NCBI RefSeq assembly: GCF_001194135.2
Contig: NC_069000.1
Coordinates: 35,918,450 to 35,969,355 of the forward strand
Length of the DNA stretch: 50,906 bases
Direction: 5' to 3'
From: Octopus bimaculoides
Taxonomy: Eukaryota
A program made the translations under genes and the position numbers. Below, in pieces: positions 9,993-20,200 of this stretch; position 1 is the stretch's first letter; the number at the start of each line of letters is the position of its first letter. Under the pieces are notes generated by a model that saw only the letters and a list, made by a program, of their open reading frames with translations, did not search any database and was not told the origin of the DNA.

Positions 9993-10373
9993 CATAAACC
10001 TATATCTTCAAAGTATGTTATCCATAAGAATTCGGCTCTATCACACAGTGTGAAAATCAATATATTAGTAGCCGATTTGGTTAGAATAATGAAAAACATA
10101 TCCCCCCTGTGCGATCCATGGGAGGGCAAAAACATATTCAAGACTTCATGCATCGCATGCAATTTTCGGGATACAGCCAGAAAGATAGAATCCGGGTATA
10201 CAGAGGAGCTAACAAGAAATTTGAGGAGATTGTTGTCAAAGATACAAATGGAACACAACCTAGATACCGTAACAAACAGTGGAATAGACTACAAAGGATT
10301 AGTGACAAAACAAACAAAAAGACCACGTGGTACAATACCGACAAGTTCCAGGGAGTAATGTTTGTGGACGCCA
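9993..10373 (+). pseudogene. Penelope-like retroelement RT C-terminal/linker fragment, frameshifted
   Basis: HKPISSKYVIHKNSALSHSVKINILVADLVRIMKNISPLCDPWE, then a frameshift to QKHIQDFMHRMQFSGYSQKDRIRV...KKTTWYNTDKFQGVMFVDA. Resembles the PLE thumb motifs KP..S..VI...SAL and F..RM..SGY and the WY...V.FV linker before GIY-YIG (from memory). Truncated by the gap. Confidence 0.6.
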
Positions 10374-11370
10374 NNNNNNNNNNNNNNNNNNNNNNNNNNN
10401 NNNNNNNNNNNNNNNNNNNNNNNNNNNNNNNNNNNNNNNNNNNNNNNNNNNNNNNNNNNNNNNNNNNNNNNNNNNNNNNNNNNNNNNNNNNNNNNNNNNN
10501 NNNNNNNNNNNNNNNNNNNNNNNNNNNNNNNNNNNNNNNNNNNNNNNNNNNNNNNNNNNNNNNNNNNNNNNNNNNNNNNNNNNNNNNNNNNNNNNNNNNN
10601 NNNNNNNNNNNNNNNNNNNNNNNNNNNNNNNNNNNNNNNNNNNNNNNNNNNNNNNNNNNNNNNNNNNNNNNNNNNNNNNNNNNNNNNNNNNNNNNNNNNN
10701 NNNNNNNNNNNNNNNNNNNNNNNNNNNNNNNNNNNNNNNNNNNNNNNNNNNNNNNNNNNNNNNNNNNNNNNNNNNNNNNNNNNNNNNNNNNNNNNNNNNN
10801 NNNNNNNNNNNNNNNNNNNNNNNNNNNNNNNNNNNNNNNNNNNNNNNNNNNNNNNNNNNNNNNNNNNNNNNNNNNNNNNNNNNNNNNNNNNNNNNNNNNN
10901 NNNNNNNNNNNNNNNNNNNNNNNNNNNNNNNNNNNNNNNNNNNNNNNNNNNNNNNNNNNNNNNNNNNNNNNNNNNNNNNNNNNNNNNNNNNNNNNNNNNN
11001 NNNNNNNNNNNNNNNNNNNNNNNNNNNNNNNNNNNNNNNNNNNNNNNNNNNNNNNNNNNNNNNNNNNNNNNNNNNNNNNNNNNNNNNNNNNNNNNNNNNN
11101 NNNNNNNNNNNNNNNNNNNNNNNNNNNNNNNNNNNNNNNNNNNNNNNNNNNNNNNNNNNNNNNNNNNNNNNNNNNNNNNNNNNNNNNNNNNNNNNNNNNN
11201 NNNNNNNNNNNNNNNNNNNNNNNNNNNNNNNNNNNNNNNNNNNNNNNNNNNNNNNNNNNNNNNNNNNNNNNNNNNNNNNNNNNNNNNNNNNNNNNNNNNN
11301 NNNNNNNNNNNNNNNNNNNNNNNNNNNNNNNNNNNNNNNNNNNNNNNNNNNNNNNNNNNNNNNNNNNNNA

Positions 11371-11640
11371 TGTGTTAATCTCCATGTGGGTACATGGAGT
11401 AAATAAAATCATAACATAAACAATTAAATATAAGAAATAATAATTTCTTAAAGTATGTGTTAATCTCCATGTGGGTACATGGAGTAAATAAAATCATAAC
11501 ATAAACAATTAAATATAAGAAATAATAATTTCTTAAAGTATGTTAATCTCCATGTGGGTACATGGAGTAAATAAAATCATAACATAAACAATTAAATATA
11601 AGAAATAATAATTTCTTAAAGTATGTGTTAATCCCCATGT
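11371..11640. repeat. 85-bp tandem repeat inside MITE
   Basis: Units start at 11371, 11456, 11541 (83 bp, TG lost) and 11624 (terminal partial); the array runs into the gap. Confidence 0.95.
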
Positions 11641-11807
11641 ACCCAGACTTTGTGGACACCCTGTATAGTGTTATACTGTTGTTGTGGATAGTTTTTGAAA
11701 AGATATAAAAGGAGGTAATGATTTGGCAGAATCATCTCTTGATATTTTGAGTCCATGGTATGCTTTGCACACCATCCAGATTAAACACTACCATCTAGTG
11801 TCTTTAA

Positions 11808-12070
11808 CCCTTTAGCATTTAAACTGGTTGTATCTGGCCCAAATATTCTACCTGTTTCATGTTCAAACTGGCCAGATCTAACCTCACACATTTACCCTAC
11901 AATGTGATTCTTAAAAATAAAAAAATCACATCATCACAATCTTGAAGTTACGAGGGTTCCGGGTTCAGTCCCACTGCGTGGCACCTTGGGCAAGTGTCTT
12001 CTACTATAGCCTCGGGCCAACCAAAGCCTTGTGAGTGAATTTGGTAGACGGAAACTGAAAGAAGCACGTC

Positions 12071-12118
<48 letters not shown>

Positions 12119-12385
12119 GTGTGTTTGTATGTCTGTGTTTGTCCCCCCCCCCACCATCGCTTGACAACTGACGCTTGTGTGTTTACGTCCCCGTAACTTA
12201 GCGGTTCGGCAAAAAGAGACCGATAGAATAAGTACTAGGCTTACAAAGAATAAGTCCTGGGGTCGATTTTCTCGACTAAAGGCGGTGCTCCAGCATGGCC
12301 GCAGTCAAATGACTGAAACAAGTAAAAGAGTAAAAGAGAGTAAGAAAGCATTACATTTGACCAGAGTAATTTAAATGCTAAAGGG
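11808..12385 (+). mobile_element. piggyBac-like MITE interrupted by SINE A
   Basis: TTAA 11804-11807, CCCTTTAGCATTT...AAATGCTAAAGGG, TTAA 12386-12389; both halves match 5401-5615. Confidence 0.85.
11955..12344 (+). mobile_element. SINE family A, slightly 5'-truncated, young
   Basis: Near-identical to 14124-14538 from GGTTCCGGGTTCAGTCC onward. Confidence 0.9.
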
Positions 12386-12842
12386 TTAATACATTCAATT
12401 GCAAGTATTCGTACCAGATCTGAGGTTCCTCTTTGGCTATAGATTTCTCAGTATGCAGACTAAGCATTGGCTGCATCAATCTCACCAGTCCAGCAGGACC
12501 TGCCTGCAAAAGTCGTGTGCTCTGTCCCTCCAAACTAACATATAAGACAAAAAGTTAAATGGTTATGTTGGGTTTAACTTTGCCTTTTATCCTTCAAGGG
12601 AGGAGGGGGTGATGAAGTACCAGGTAAGTTCTGGAAGTCAATGAAATCAATTATGACATNNNNNNNNNNNNNNNNNNNNNNNNNNNNNNNNNNNNNNNNN
12701 NNNNNNNNNNNNNNNNNNNNNNNNNNNNNNNNNNNNNNNNNNNNNNNNNNNNNNNNNNNNNNNNNNNNNNNNNNNNNNNNNNNNNNNNNNNNNNNNNNNN
12801 NNNNNNNNNNNNNNNNNNNNNNNNNNNNNNNNNNNNNNNNNN

Positions 12843-12875
<33 letters not shown>

Positions 12876-14123
12876 CTATAATCTGTGAACTTTCAGAAAT
12901 CAGTAAGGTATGGTGTAAAGGAGCATCAGGGATAAGTTTGCGGAACCATGGGGACAGTGGTCAGACAGAGATTTGAAGCCTACGGGGGTCAGTAGGGCAG
13001 CATACCACCAGTATTCAAATTCTACACAACAGTTGTAAGATGACACCCACCGAGTTTTGGATGACTTGTTTTTAAAGCTTTACAAGCCATCATCATCCTA
13101 TACGGTGAAGTAGACAGTATTTGATAGTCTATTGATCCTCAAATATGTTAGGTGTCTCTGCTTGTTTCCTCTTTTTCTTTCTTTCATCCACCACCTCCAT
13201 TCCAGTCTGTCTCCACTCAGCTTTAATCTCTCTTTCTCTCTGTCTGTCTGACTCTCTCTCTCATATGACACACACTCTCTCTCTCTCTCTGTTATACACT
13301 ATATATCTATCTCTCTGTTATACACTATATCTCTCTCTGTTATACACTATCTCTCTCTCTCTCCACAGTACTCTCTCGTTAATCAATATATGAACTTTGT
13401 TGTCTTTCAGTAATGCAATTACTTTCACATTTGCAACACGTGCAGTAGTTTCTTCTTCGAGCTTTTTTTTTGCTTCTTCTTTTTCCTGTATAGTTTTACT
13501 TTTGTATCTTACACTTTTTTTACTACCTATTTATCTTTTTATCAGTTTATATTATTATTCTTATGACTCATTTTCTCCCCCCCCCCATCCCCTTATAACC
13601 TCACCGCCATATCTCCAAACTCAGCAGTAGCAGCCGGCATCTCCTCGCTCCCACTGTTCAGCTCTTGTTCACTTTCAATATGTTTAGATATCAATGCAAA
13701 CAGATTAGACTATCAGATAACATAAGATTGTTATCTTTATCATTGGTTTTCTCTCCCTCTCTCTCTCTTTCTCTTTCTCCCTGCTGAGTGTGTGTATGTG
13801 TTTGATATTCGCGTGTGTATGTGTTGTTTTTCATTTTTATTTTCCCATTCTCCTCATTTCAACACAAGTATTGTTGCACCTCTTTTAAAACATTCTTAAC
13901 TTAGATTAAGGAGAGTTGACAAGTGGTTGGAACTATATAAATGTCTTATCTTGTCTTTATCAACTTCAATTACTTACTGTTATCAGTTGTCTTATATCCT
14001 GTCTCCTTTCATCAGCATTGATTAGAAATATGTGTGCATGCATGCCCACGCACACATGCACGTTTCTCATGTTGTTGTTGTTTAGCCCCAGGTCAGCCAT
14101 AAGTGAGCAGAACAATGATCAAT

Positions 14124-14286
14124 GGCGCAGGAGTGGCTGTGTGGTAAGTAGCTTGCTTACCAACCACATGGTTCCGGGTTCAGTCCCACTGCGTGGCACC
14201 TTGGGCAAGTGTCTTCTACAATAGCCTCGGGCCGACCAAAGCCTTGTGAGTGAATTTGGTAGACAGAAACTGAAAGAAACCCGTCG

Positions 14287-14337
<51 letters not shown>

Positions 14338-14538
14338 ATATGTTTGTGCCCCACCATCGCTTGACAACTGATGCTGGTGTGTTTACGTCCCTGTAACTTA
14401 ACGGTTCGGCAAAAAGAGACCAATAGAATAAGTACTAGGCTTACAAAGAATAAGTTCTGGGGTCGATTTTCTTGACTAAAGGCGGTGCTCCAGCATGGCC
14501 GCAGTCAAATGACTGAAACAAGTAAAAGAGTAAAAGAG
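14124..14538 (+). mobile_element. SINE family A, full length, young (reference copy)
   Basis: Head GGCGCAGGAGTGGCTGTGTGGT (A-box-like)...GGTTCAGTCCC (B-box), core GCACCTTGGGCAAGTGTCTT (CORE/V-domain-like, from memory), (TA)n, tail A, TAAAAGAG x2. Confidence 0.92.
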
Positions 14539-14570
14539 AAATGTTTCAGCCATAATCATACTCTCTATAT

Positions 14571-14760
14571 CAGTGGTTCTCAACCAGGGTCCATATGGAC
14601 ACTGGGGGATCAATATCAGGTTTTTGGGGCCCATGCAAGAAAATAATAAATTGGGGATCCATGTTAGTATTTTAAGGGGCCACGAAAAAAAACTTTGCTG
14701 TAGATGTATTTATTGTTAGAAACAGCTAGGTTTCTTTCTCTGATGTTTTGCATAGTTTTA
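14571..14760 (+). mobile_element. hAT-like non-autonomous element, one end
   Basis: Starts CAGTGGTTCTCAACC, a typical hAT (Charlie/Tip100-type) terminus; no matching second end found. Confidence 0.55.
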
Positions 14761-14826
14761 CATGTTCTCGATAACTGAAACATGTTCTCTCAGCAAGTTC
14801 TATTGCAAACTTATACAAGTTATATG

Positions 14827-15143
14827 GGCGCAGGAGTGGCTGTGTGGTAAGTAGTTTGCCACTTCAAAAGCACCAAGTTTACACTGGAAAGTGGTTGGCA
14901 TTTGGAAGGGTATCCAGCTGTAAAAACCATGCCAAAACTGACATAGCCTGTGCAAATGCTACATAAAAAGCGCTTAAGCCACTCTACAGAGTGGTTGGCG
15001 TTAGGAAGAGCATCCAGCCTTAAAAACCATGCCGAAACAGACACAGAAGCATGGCATAGGCTCCCACCTGGCCAGCTCCTGTCAAACCATCCAACCCAAG
15101 TCAGCATGGAAGGAGGACGTTAAATGATGATGATGATGATCAT
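14827..15143 (+). mobile_element. Chimera: about 32 bp of young SINE A head + RTE 3' tail
   Basis: GGCGCAGGAGTGGCTGTGTGGTAAGTAGTTTGC joined to GTGGTTGGCATTTGGAAGGGTATCCAGC...GGACGTTAAATGATGATG; the CATCCAGC/AAAAACCATGCC block is duplicated. Confidence 0.75.
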
Positions 15144-15329
15144 CATACATACATACATACATACATATGACAGGCTTCTTTCAGTTTCCATCTGCCAACT
15201 CCACTCAAGGCTTTGGTCGACCTGAGGCTATAGCAGAAGACACTTGCCCCAGGTGCCATGCAGTGGGACTGAACCCAGAACCATGTGGTCGGGAAGCAAG
15301 TTTCTTATCGCACAACCACACCTGCACCT
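15144..15329 (-). mobile_element. SINE family A, 5' half
   Basis: Head and core on the minus strand ending in (ATAC)n, tail-to-tail with the preceding element. Confidence 0.8.
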
Positions 15330-15654
15330 ATGTATATTCAGGAAATGTTTAAGTCTTAAGGATACTAACTGTAAATAATAAGGTATTTTTTTATTAATTA
15401 GTCACTTTAAGGAGGATAGGCTATAATGTTTAGTCCTTCCTGACACTAGGAGACAGAATAGCTTGGTGGGGTTGTTGTTTAGCCCAGATCAGCTCTGACT
15501 GAGAGGGTCTGTGATTAAAGGATTCAGATCATGAATCCCCTAAAATTAGTTTTCTCTCAGAAATGTATTCACCTCTTCAGCAAGACACTAGCTGTTGTCC
15601 CATCATCATTCTTTCATATCCTTTAATACTATTCCCCCATTCAGTTGAAGGGGC

Positions 15655-15880
15655 TCTTGTCTTGCAAGTAGTTGGTGACCTCACTGGTGCTGGTGCCTCA
15701 TAAAAAGGCACTCAGTACACTCCGTGAAGTGGTTGGCATTAGGAAAGGTATCCAGCCTTAGGAACCATGTCAGAGCTGACACTGAAGCCCGGTGCAGCCC
15801 TCTGGCTCATCAGTTCATGTTGAACCATCCAACATATACAGCATAGAAGAAGGGATGTTAAATGATGATGATGATGACAA
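15655..15880 (+). mobile_element. RTE 3'-UTR/tail remnant
   Basis: GTGGTTGGCATTAGGAAAGGTATCCAGC...GGATGTTAAATGATGATGATG. Confidence 0.8.
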
Positions 15881-15925
15881 TGATAATTATGGTTGTGGTA
15901 AATATAGGTCTGCAATATCTAGTGT

Positions 15926-16210
15926 TTACTTTATTTTGTAAGATGATAGGATGTGATTTGAGGGAGATTTGGCATCTGTTTCTAGCAGGTTGATCAACCA
16001 CCTGGAGACTCCCTTCATTAGTTTGAGCTTTAAAGGTTGATACAGACAGGTCATTCGGTTTGAACTTGTGGTGATGGGAACAGAAACATGAGTAGGTAAG
16101 TTATAGTTTGAATGTAATTCTGGAGGTGATAGACTACATGAAGAGTTTAGTGTAAGATCTGAGACAGGGGACACAGTAAGGCTGATAAGAAGGGGAAGGA
16201 GAAGCACTTA
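15926..16210 (-). mobile_element. Probable CR1-like LINE 3' remnant
   Basis: Minus strand has a DLSVSTFKAQTN-type end followed by CCTGCTAGAAACAGATGCCAAATCTCCCTCAAATCACATCC, a segment that recurs in the window (8240, 24290, 39530, 41440). Confidence 0.4.
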
Positions 16211-16566
16211 GATCAAGCGGGGTTTAAGTGGGAGTGATGCAAAGCTGGGGGATGCACAGAACAGATCCATTAAAGTAATGATATAAGGAAGAAAAGGAGA
16301 AGATGGCATATCAATGGATTAGTAGATGTGAGTGCTCTGTCAGTTAATTGGGTTGTGGGATATGTGCATGAATGAATGAGAGGAAACGGGAGAATGAGTG
16401 TACATTCCCAAATTGGTGAGATTGAAAAGATTTAGTATCAAATTAGCATCTCCTTTAGAAGAATCTCAGATATCGTAATAAAGATATTTCATTAGTTGTA
16501 AATACAAAAGAATCAACTCTTCCTATCTGAAAAGAACATTAGTTTGCTACAGTTGGATCCAATTCA

Positions 16567-16597
<31 letters not shown>

Positions 16598-16715
16598 CTC
16601 TCTCTTTCCTTTCCTGAGCGTCCAATAATACTATCCATATCACGTCCTCACTTTGTTGTTTTTTTGTTTTTTTGTTATTGTGTTTTTGAACTATATATAT
16701 ATATATATATATATA

Positions 16716-16930
16716 TAGCGATATTTTATTACTATCAATCTGGAGTAATAATTTGTAGTTTTGAAATCAGTAGTTCTTTGACTGCTATTTCTGAATTCTC
16801 AGTATGTTGGAGAAGCAGGTTACTGTCAATCCCTATATATTTATGATTATAAATGTTTTTTACCGAAAAGGTTTTTTCATACTGAGCTACCCGGCAAAAT
16901 TGTTAATTATTAATTTTATTACTAATTGAC
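16716..16930 (-). repeat. Unclassified interspersed repeat G
   Basis: Aligns by eye with 34720-34910 (CTGCTATTTCT; TTTACCGA; GGCAAAATTGTTAATTAT). Confidence 0.6.
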
Positions 16931-16952
16931 GATTCCCTGCCCTGCATATCTG

Positions 16953-17059
<107 letters not shown>

Positions 17060-17394
17060 GTGTGTGCGTGTGTTTTACAGTATTAGATCTTGTATTCTTA
17101 TCACTACTGATTACTGTACCAAATGCTTTCTCTGGTTAGCAGTGTAGAAGTTCTGTTCATCTGAGACTGTGTGAAAACAAGTTTCAATTCCTTATTGAAG
17201 CTATTTCCTTCGCTTAATCTGTTAATGTCATTGGGAAAAAGCATTACCATCATAATTTCCTACTGCCCCCATCTCCCTCAAAATGCTTAGTGGAATTTTT
17301 TCTCACTCATTACATCCTGAGTTCAAATACCACTGAAGCCACCTTTGCCTTTCATCCTTACAGGAGTGGCAATAAAATAAATGCCAGGTGAGCA

Positions 17395-17834
17395 CTTATT
17401 GGACTGTAGCTATGCTGACGCATCATCTTGAAGGGTTTAGTCAAGTAAATTGACTCCAGAACATTTTTTTTAAATTTCCAGTCTGGTACTTATTCTATTC
17501 ATCTCTTTTGCCAAACTGCTAAGTTATGGGGATGTAAACAAACCAACACCAGTTGTCAAGTGATAGGGGAGGGACAAACACGGACACAAAGACACATACA
17601 TACATCCATACATACATATGTGCATACGTATGTATGTATTATGTATGTGTGTATGTATGTGCTTGTATGTATATGACAAGCTTCCTCACAGTTTCTATCT
17701 GTCAAATAAACTCATAAAACATCGGTTAGCCTGGGACTACTGTAGAAGACACTTTCCCAAGCTGCTGTGCTGTGGGACTGAACCTGAAACCACATGTTTG
17801 CAAAGTGAGCTTCTTAACCACACAGCCATGTCTG
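17395..17834 (-). mobile_element. SINE family A, full length, diverged
   Basis: Head, core, (TATG)n and tail A on the minus strand. Confidence 0.8.
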
Positions 17835-17884
17835 TGAATGTGTGTGTGTGTGTATTTATGCAAATATATGTTTGTATATTTATA

Positions 17885-17994
17885 AGGGTGTGCTCAAAAG
17901 TTCCTGGCTTTGGGTGAAAGAAAATACAGGAGGATCAGTTAATTATGATTTTATTCAACACATTCCCCTCTGAGATTCACATACTTATTGCAGC
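17885..17994. mobile_element. One end of a mariner-derived MITE
   Basis: TA-preceded AGGGTGTGCTCAAAAGTTCCTGGCTTT; internal sequence matches 43960-44400; the reverse complement of this TIR occurs near 44455-44480. Confidence 0.65.
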
Positions 17995-18496
17995 CATGAC
18001 TGGGTTCTCCTGCTTGAGTGCCATGGTGCAGGGTCCTATTGCCAGATATAGTCTTCCAGCGGCTACACTCTTGACCCAGGGCAGCACTACTTCCTCCAGG
18101 CACTTGATGTAGGCCTTCGTGTTGAGTCTGAGGCTGTGTGGGAAGATGAATGGTGGAATAATGTCACCATCACTCGTGATCATTCCAAACACCATGAAGC
18201 TGACTAGATGTTTTATTTTCATCACTCTCGGTACATGTTCTCAGATTGCACTGTCCTCAGATTGACACCCAAACACTCTGAAATGTTCATATTGGAACTT
18301 CCGGTGCGAATGCCAAGCAGTACAGCATGTCGTTTCCAAATTTCTGGCTGAGTGAATTACATCATGGTGCTGTTTTTCTCACAGACGATGCCCAACTGAC
18401 CCTACTATACTGTGTAGTTAACAAAATCAAAAACAAACAATGTGCATGTGTGAAATTAAATATATAAAATGGCGACAATTTACCCGTCGCACCCTG
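17991..18496 (-). mobile_element. Tc1/mariner (maT/DD37D-like) deletion derivative
   Basis: TA-flanked terminus CAGGGTGCGACGGGTAAAT at 18496. N-terminal peptide FTQPEIWKRHAVLLGIRTGSSNMNISECLGVNLRTVQ and catalytic-region peptide VPRVMKIKH..MVFGMITSDGDIIPPFIFPHSLRLNTKAYIKCLEEVVLPWVK...WQ*DPAPWH.SRRTQSWL. Confidence 0.8.
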
Positions 18497-19000
18497 TATA
18501 TATAAAAATTAGAATTTTGTTTTCTTTTTGTTTTTATTTTATTATTTCCTCCGCCCACTCACCTACCTAGCCAGTCGACCAGTTAAAACTGTACACCATA
18601 TATGAGTTAATGACATCACAATTACCATGTTATCAAATTTAATTTTGCCAACACAGCCCAAATGACTTACTTTTGGACAATGGTTCTTCTTATTGAAGAC
18701 ATTGTTTGTCTCAGCTATTATGTTTCTAGTTTCTTTCCTAATTAGCACTGACTTCGTTTACATAGAATATCTTATAGCTGCTTCATTTGGAATGGTCAGC
18801 TTGTTCTCTCCACTACTCTTTCTCCTGTATTTCGATGTTGACTCGACGCATTTCTAGGATGTTTTAATTAATGCTGCTTGCTTGCTAAAAGATGCTGAAA
18901 TAATTTTATTTTTCTACCCAAATAATTTTCTAATGTTGGCAATTTTAAATCAAAGGTTGGTTGATTTTTGTTTTCTTCTTTTTTAATCTATTATCATCAT

Positions 19001-19312
19001 TGCATAGACATGGCTGTGTGGTTAAGAAAGCTTGCTTTGCAATCACCGTGTTTGGGGTTCAGTACCACTGCATGGCACCTTGGACAAGTGTTTTCTCTTA
19101 GAGCTCTAGGCCAACCAATGCCTTGAGAGTGAACTTTGTGGATAGAAACTGTGTGGAAGCCCATCATATGTGTGTGTGTGTGTGTATGTGTTTGTATTTG
19201 TCTCCCACCACCATTTGATAATTTGACCACTAGTGTTGGTTTGTTTATGTCCATGTAACTTAGCATGTTTAGCAAAAGAGACCAAATGAATGAGTGCCAG
19301 ATTTTAAAATAA
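19001..19312 (+). mobile_element. SINE family A, tail-truncated
   Basis: Head, core, (TG)n, partial tail A. Confidence 0.8.
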
Positions 19313-19330
19313 GTAGGCTCAGGTGTGGCT

Positions 19331-19692
19331 AGGTGCAGGCATAGCTACGTGGTAAGAAGTTAGCTTCCCAACCACATGGTTTGGGGCTCAGTCCCACTGT
19401 GTGGCATCCTAGGTAAGTGTCTTCTACTATAGCCTCAGGCTGACCAAAGCCTTGTGATGAAAGAAGCCTGTCATATATGTGCGTGTGTGTCTTTATGTCT
19501 GTGTTGTCCAACCGATGTTGGTGTGTTTACATCCCCATAGCTAAGCAGTTCAGCAAAAGGGATCAATAGAATAAGTACCAGGCTTTAAAAAATGAGAATA
19601 AGTACTGAGTTTGATCCACTTGACTAAATCCTTTAAGGTGGTGCCCCAGCTTGGCCACAGTAAAATGACTGAAACAAGTAAAAGATAAAAGA
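19331..19692 (+). mobile_element. SINE family A, with internal deletion
   Basis: Head, core, tail A ending AAGTAAAAGATAAAAGA. Confidence 0.8.
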
Positions 19693-19704
19693 TTATTAGG
19701 AAAA

Positions 19705-19945
19705 GAGCAATGTTTTGACAGAATCAGTATAAGCATCACTGGACAAAATTCTTTGTGGCGTTTAACAGTATTTCACCCATCACTATTTTCTGATTCAAAT
19801 TCTGCCATGGTCAACTTTGCCTTTCATCTTTTTGGGGTCAATAAAATAAGTACTGGAGTGCTAGAGTCAATGTAATCGACTGTCTCCCTCCCCCAAATTT
19901 CAAGCCTTGTGCCTATAGTAGAAAGGATTATTATTATTATCATTA
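19705..19945 (+). mobile_element. SINE family B
   Basis: TTCAAATTCTGCCATGGTCAACTTTGCCTTTCATCTTTTTGGGGTCAATAAAATAAGTAC central block; (ATT)n tail. Confidence 0.8.
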
Positions 19946-20135
19946 TTCAATAGTCTTATTCTTATCATGTGCTTTCACTGCACTACTGAGCATAGCTCTG
20001 AGTGCTTTGGGTATGTGCTGTGGTTTATTTTGGAGGTTCTTATTTTTACTATATAGTGCCTAGTAGTACTATTTTCTGTATGTTATATATATTTATAAGT
20101 CCTGGTGTTTTGGCTATGTATTTGTCTGTATGTTT
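19945..20135 (-). mobile_element. R4/Dong-like RLE retrotransposon 3' end
   Basis: Minus strand encodes KYIAKTPGLINIYNIQKIVLLGT, matching the R4/Dong-type C-terminal IQK..LLGT motif, then a short UTR and (AAT)n. Confidence 0.7.
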
Positions 20136-20200
20136 TATTTATTAATTATTTTATTTATGCATTTATTTATTTATCTATTATTATTATTATTATTATTATT

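Larger units (their letters stand above)
9947..11663. mobile_element. TA-flanked MITE (Tc1/mariner-type TIRs) with internal tandem array and inserted fragment; spans an assembly gap
   Basis: TA+CAGGGTGTTCACAAAGTCTGGGTAC at 9947; GTACCCAGACTTTGTGGACACCCTG+TA ending 11663; compact copy at 41476-41686. Linkage of the two ends crosses N-gap 10374-11369. Confidence 0.75.

Noticed and set aside
10109-11419. Long ORFs spanning N runs (also 12574-12976, 21382-22361, 30746-31155, 36532-37038, 44683-45270, 49452-50036)
   Set aside because: Their length comes from untranslatable gaps; only the PLE-like part before 10374 has coding character.
11371-11640. Regularly spaced repeats with a hairpin, superficially CRISPR-like
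   Set aside because: Units are contiguous and identical with no unique spacers, there are no cas genes, and the context is a eukaryotic MITE.
13286-13365. Small tandem repeats (22-26 bp here; 17 bp at 30655-30710; 27-bp duplication at 46273-46327)
   Set aside because: Ordinary slippage products in microsatellite-rich DNA.
14119-14423. Recurrent ORFs such as ...YQIHSQGFGRPEAIVEDTCPRCHAVGLNPEPCGW that look like a multigene family
   Set aside because: They are antisense translations of SINE A and recur only because the SINE recurs.
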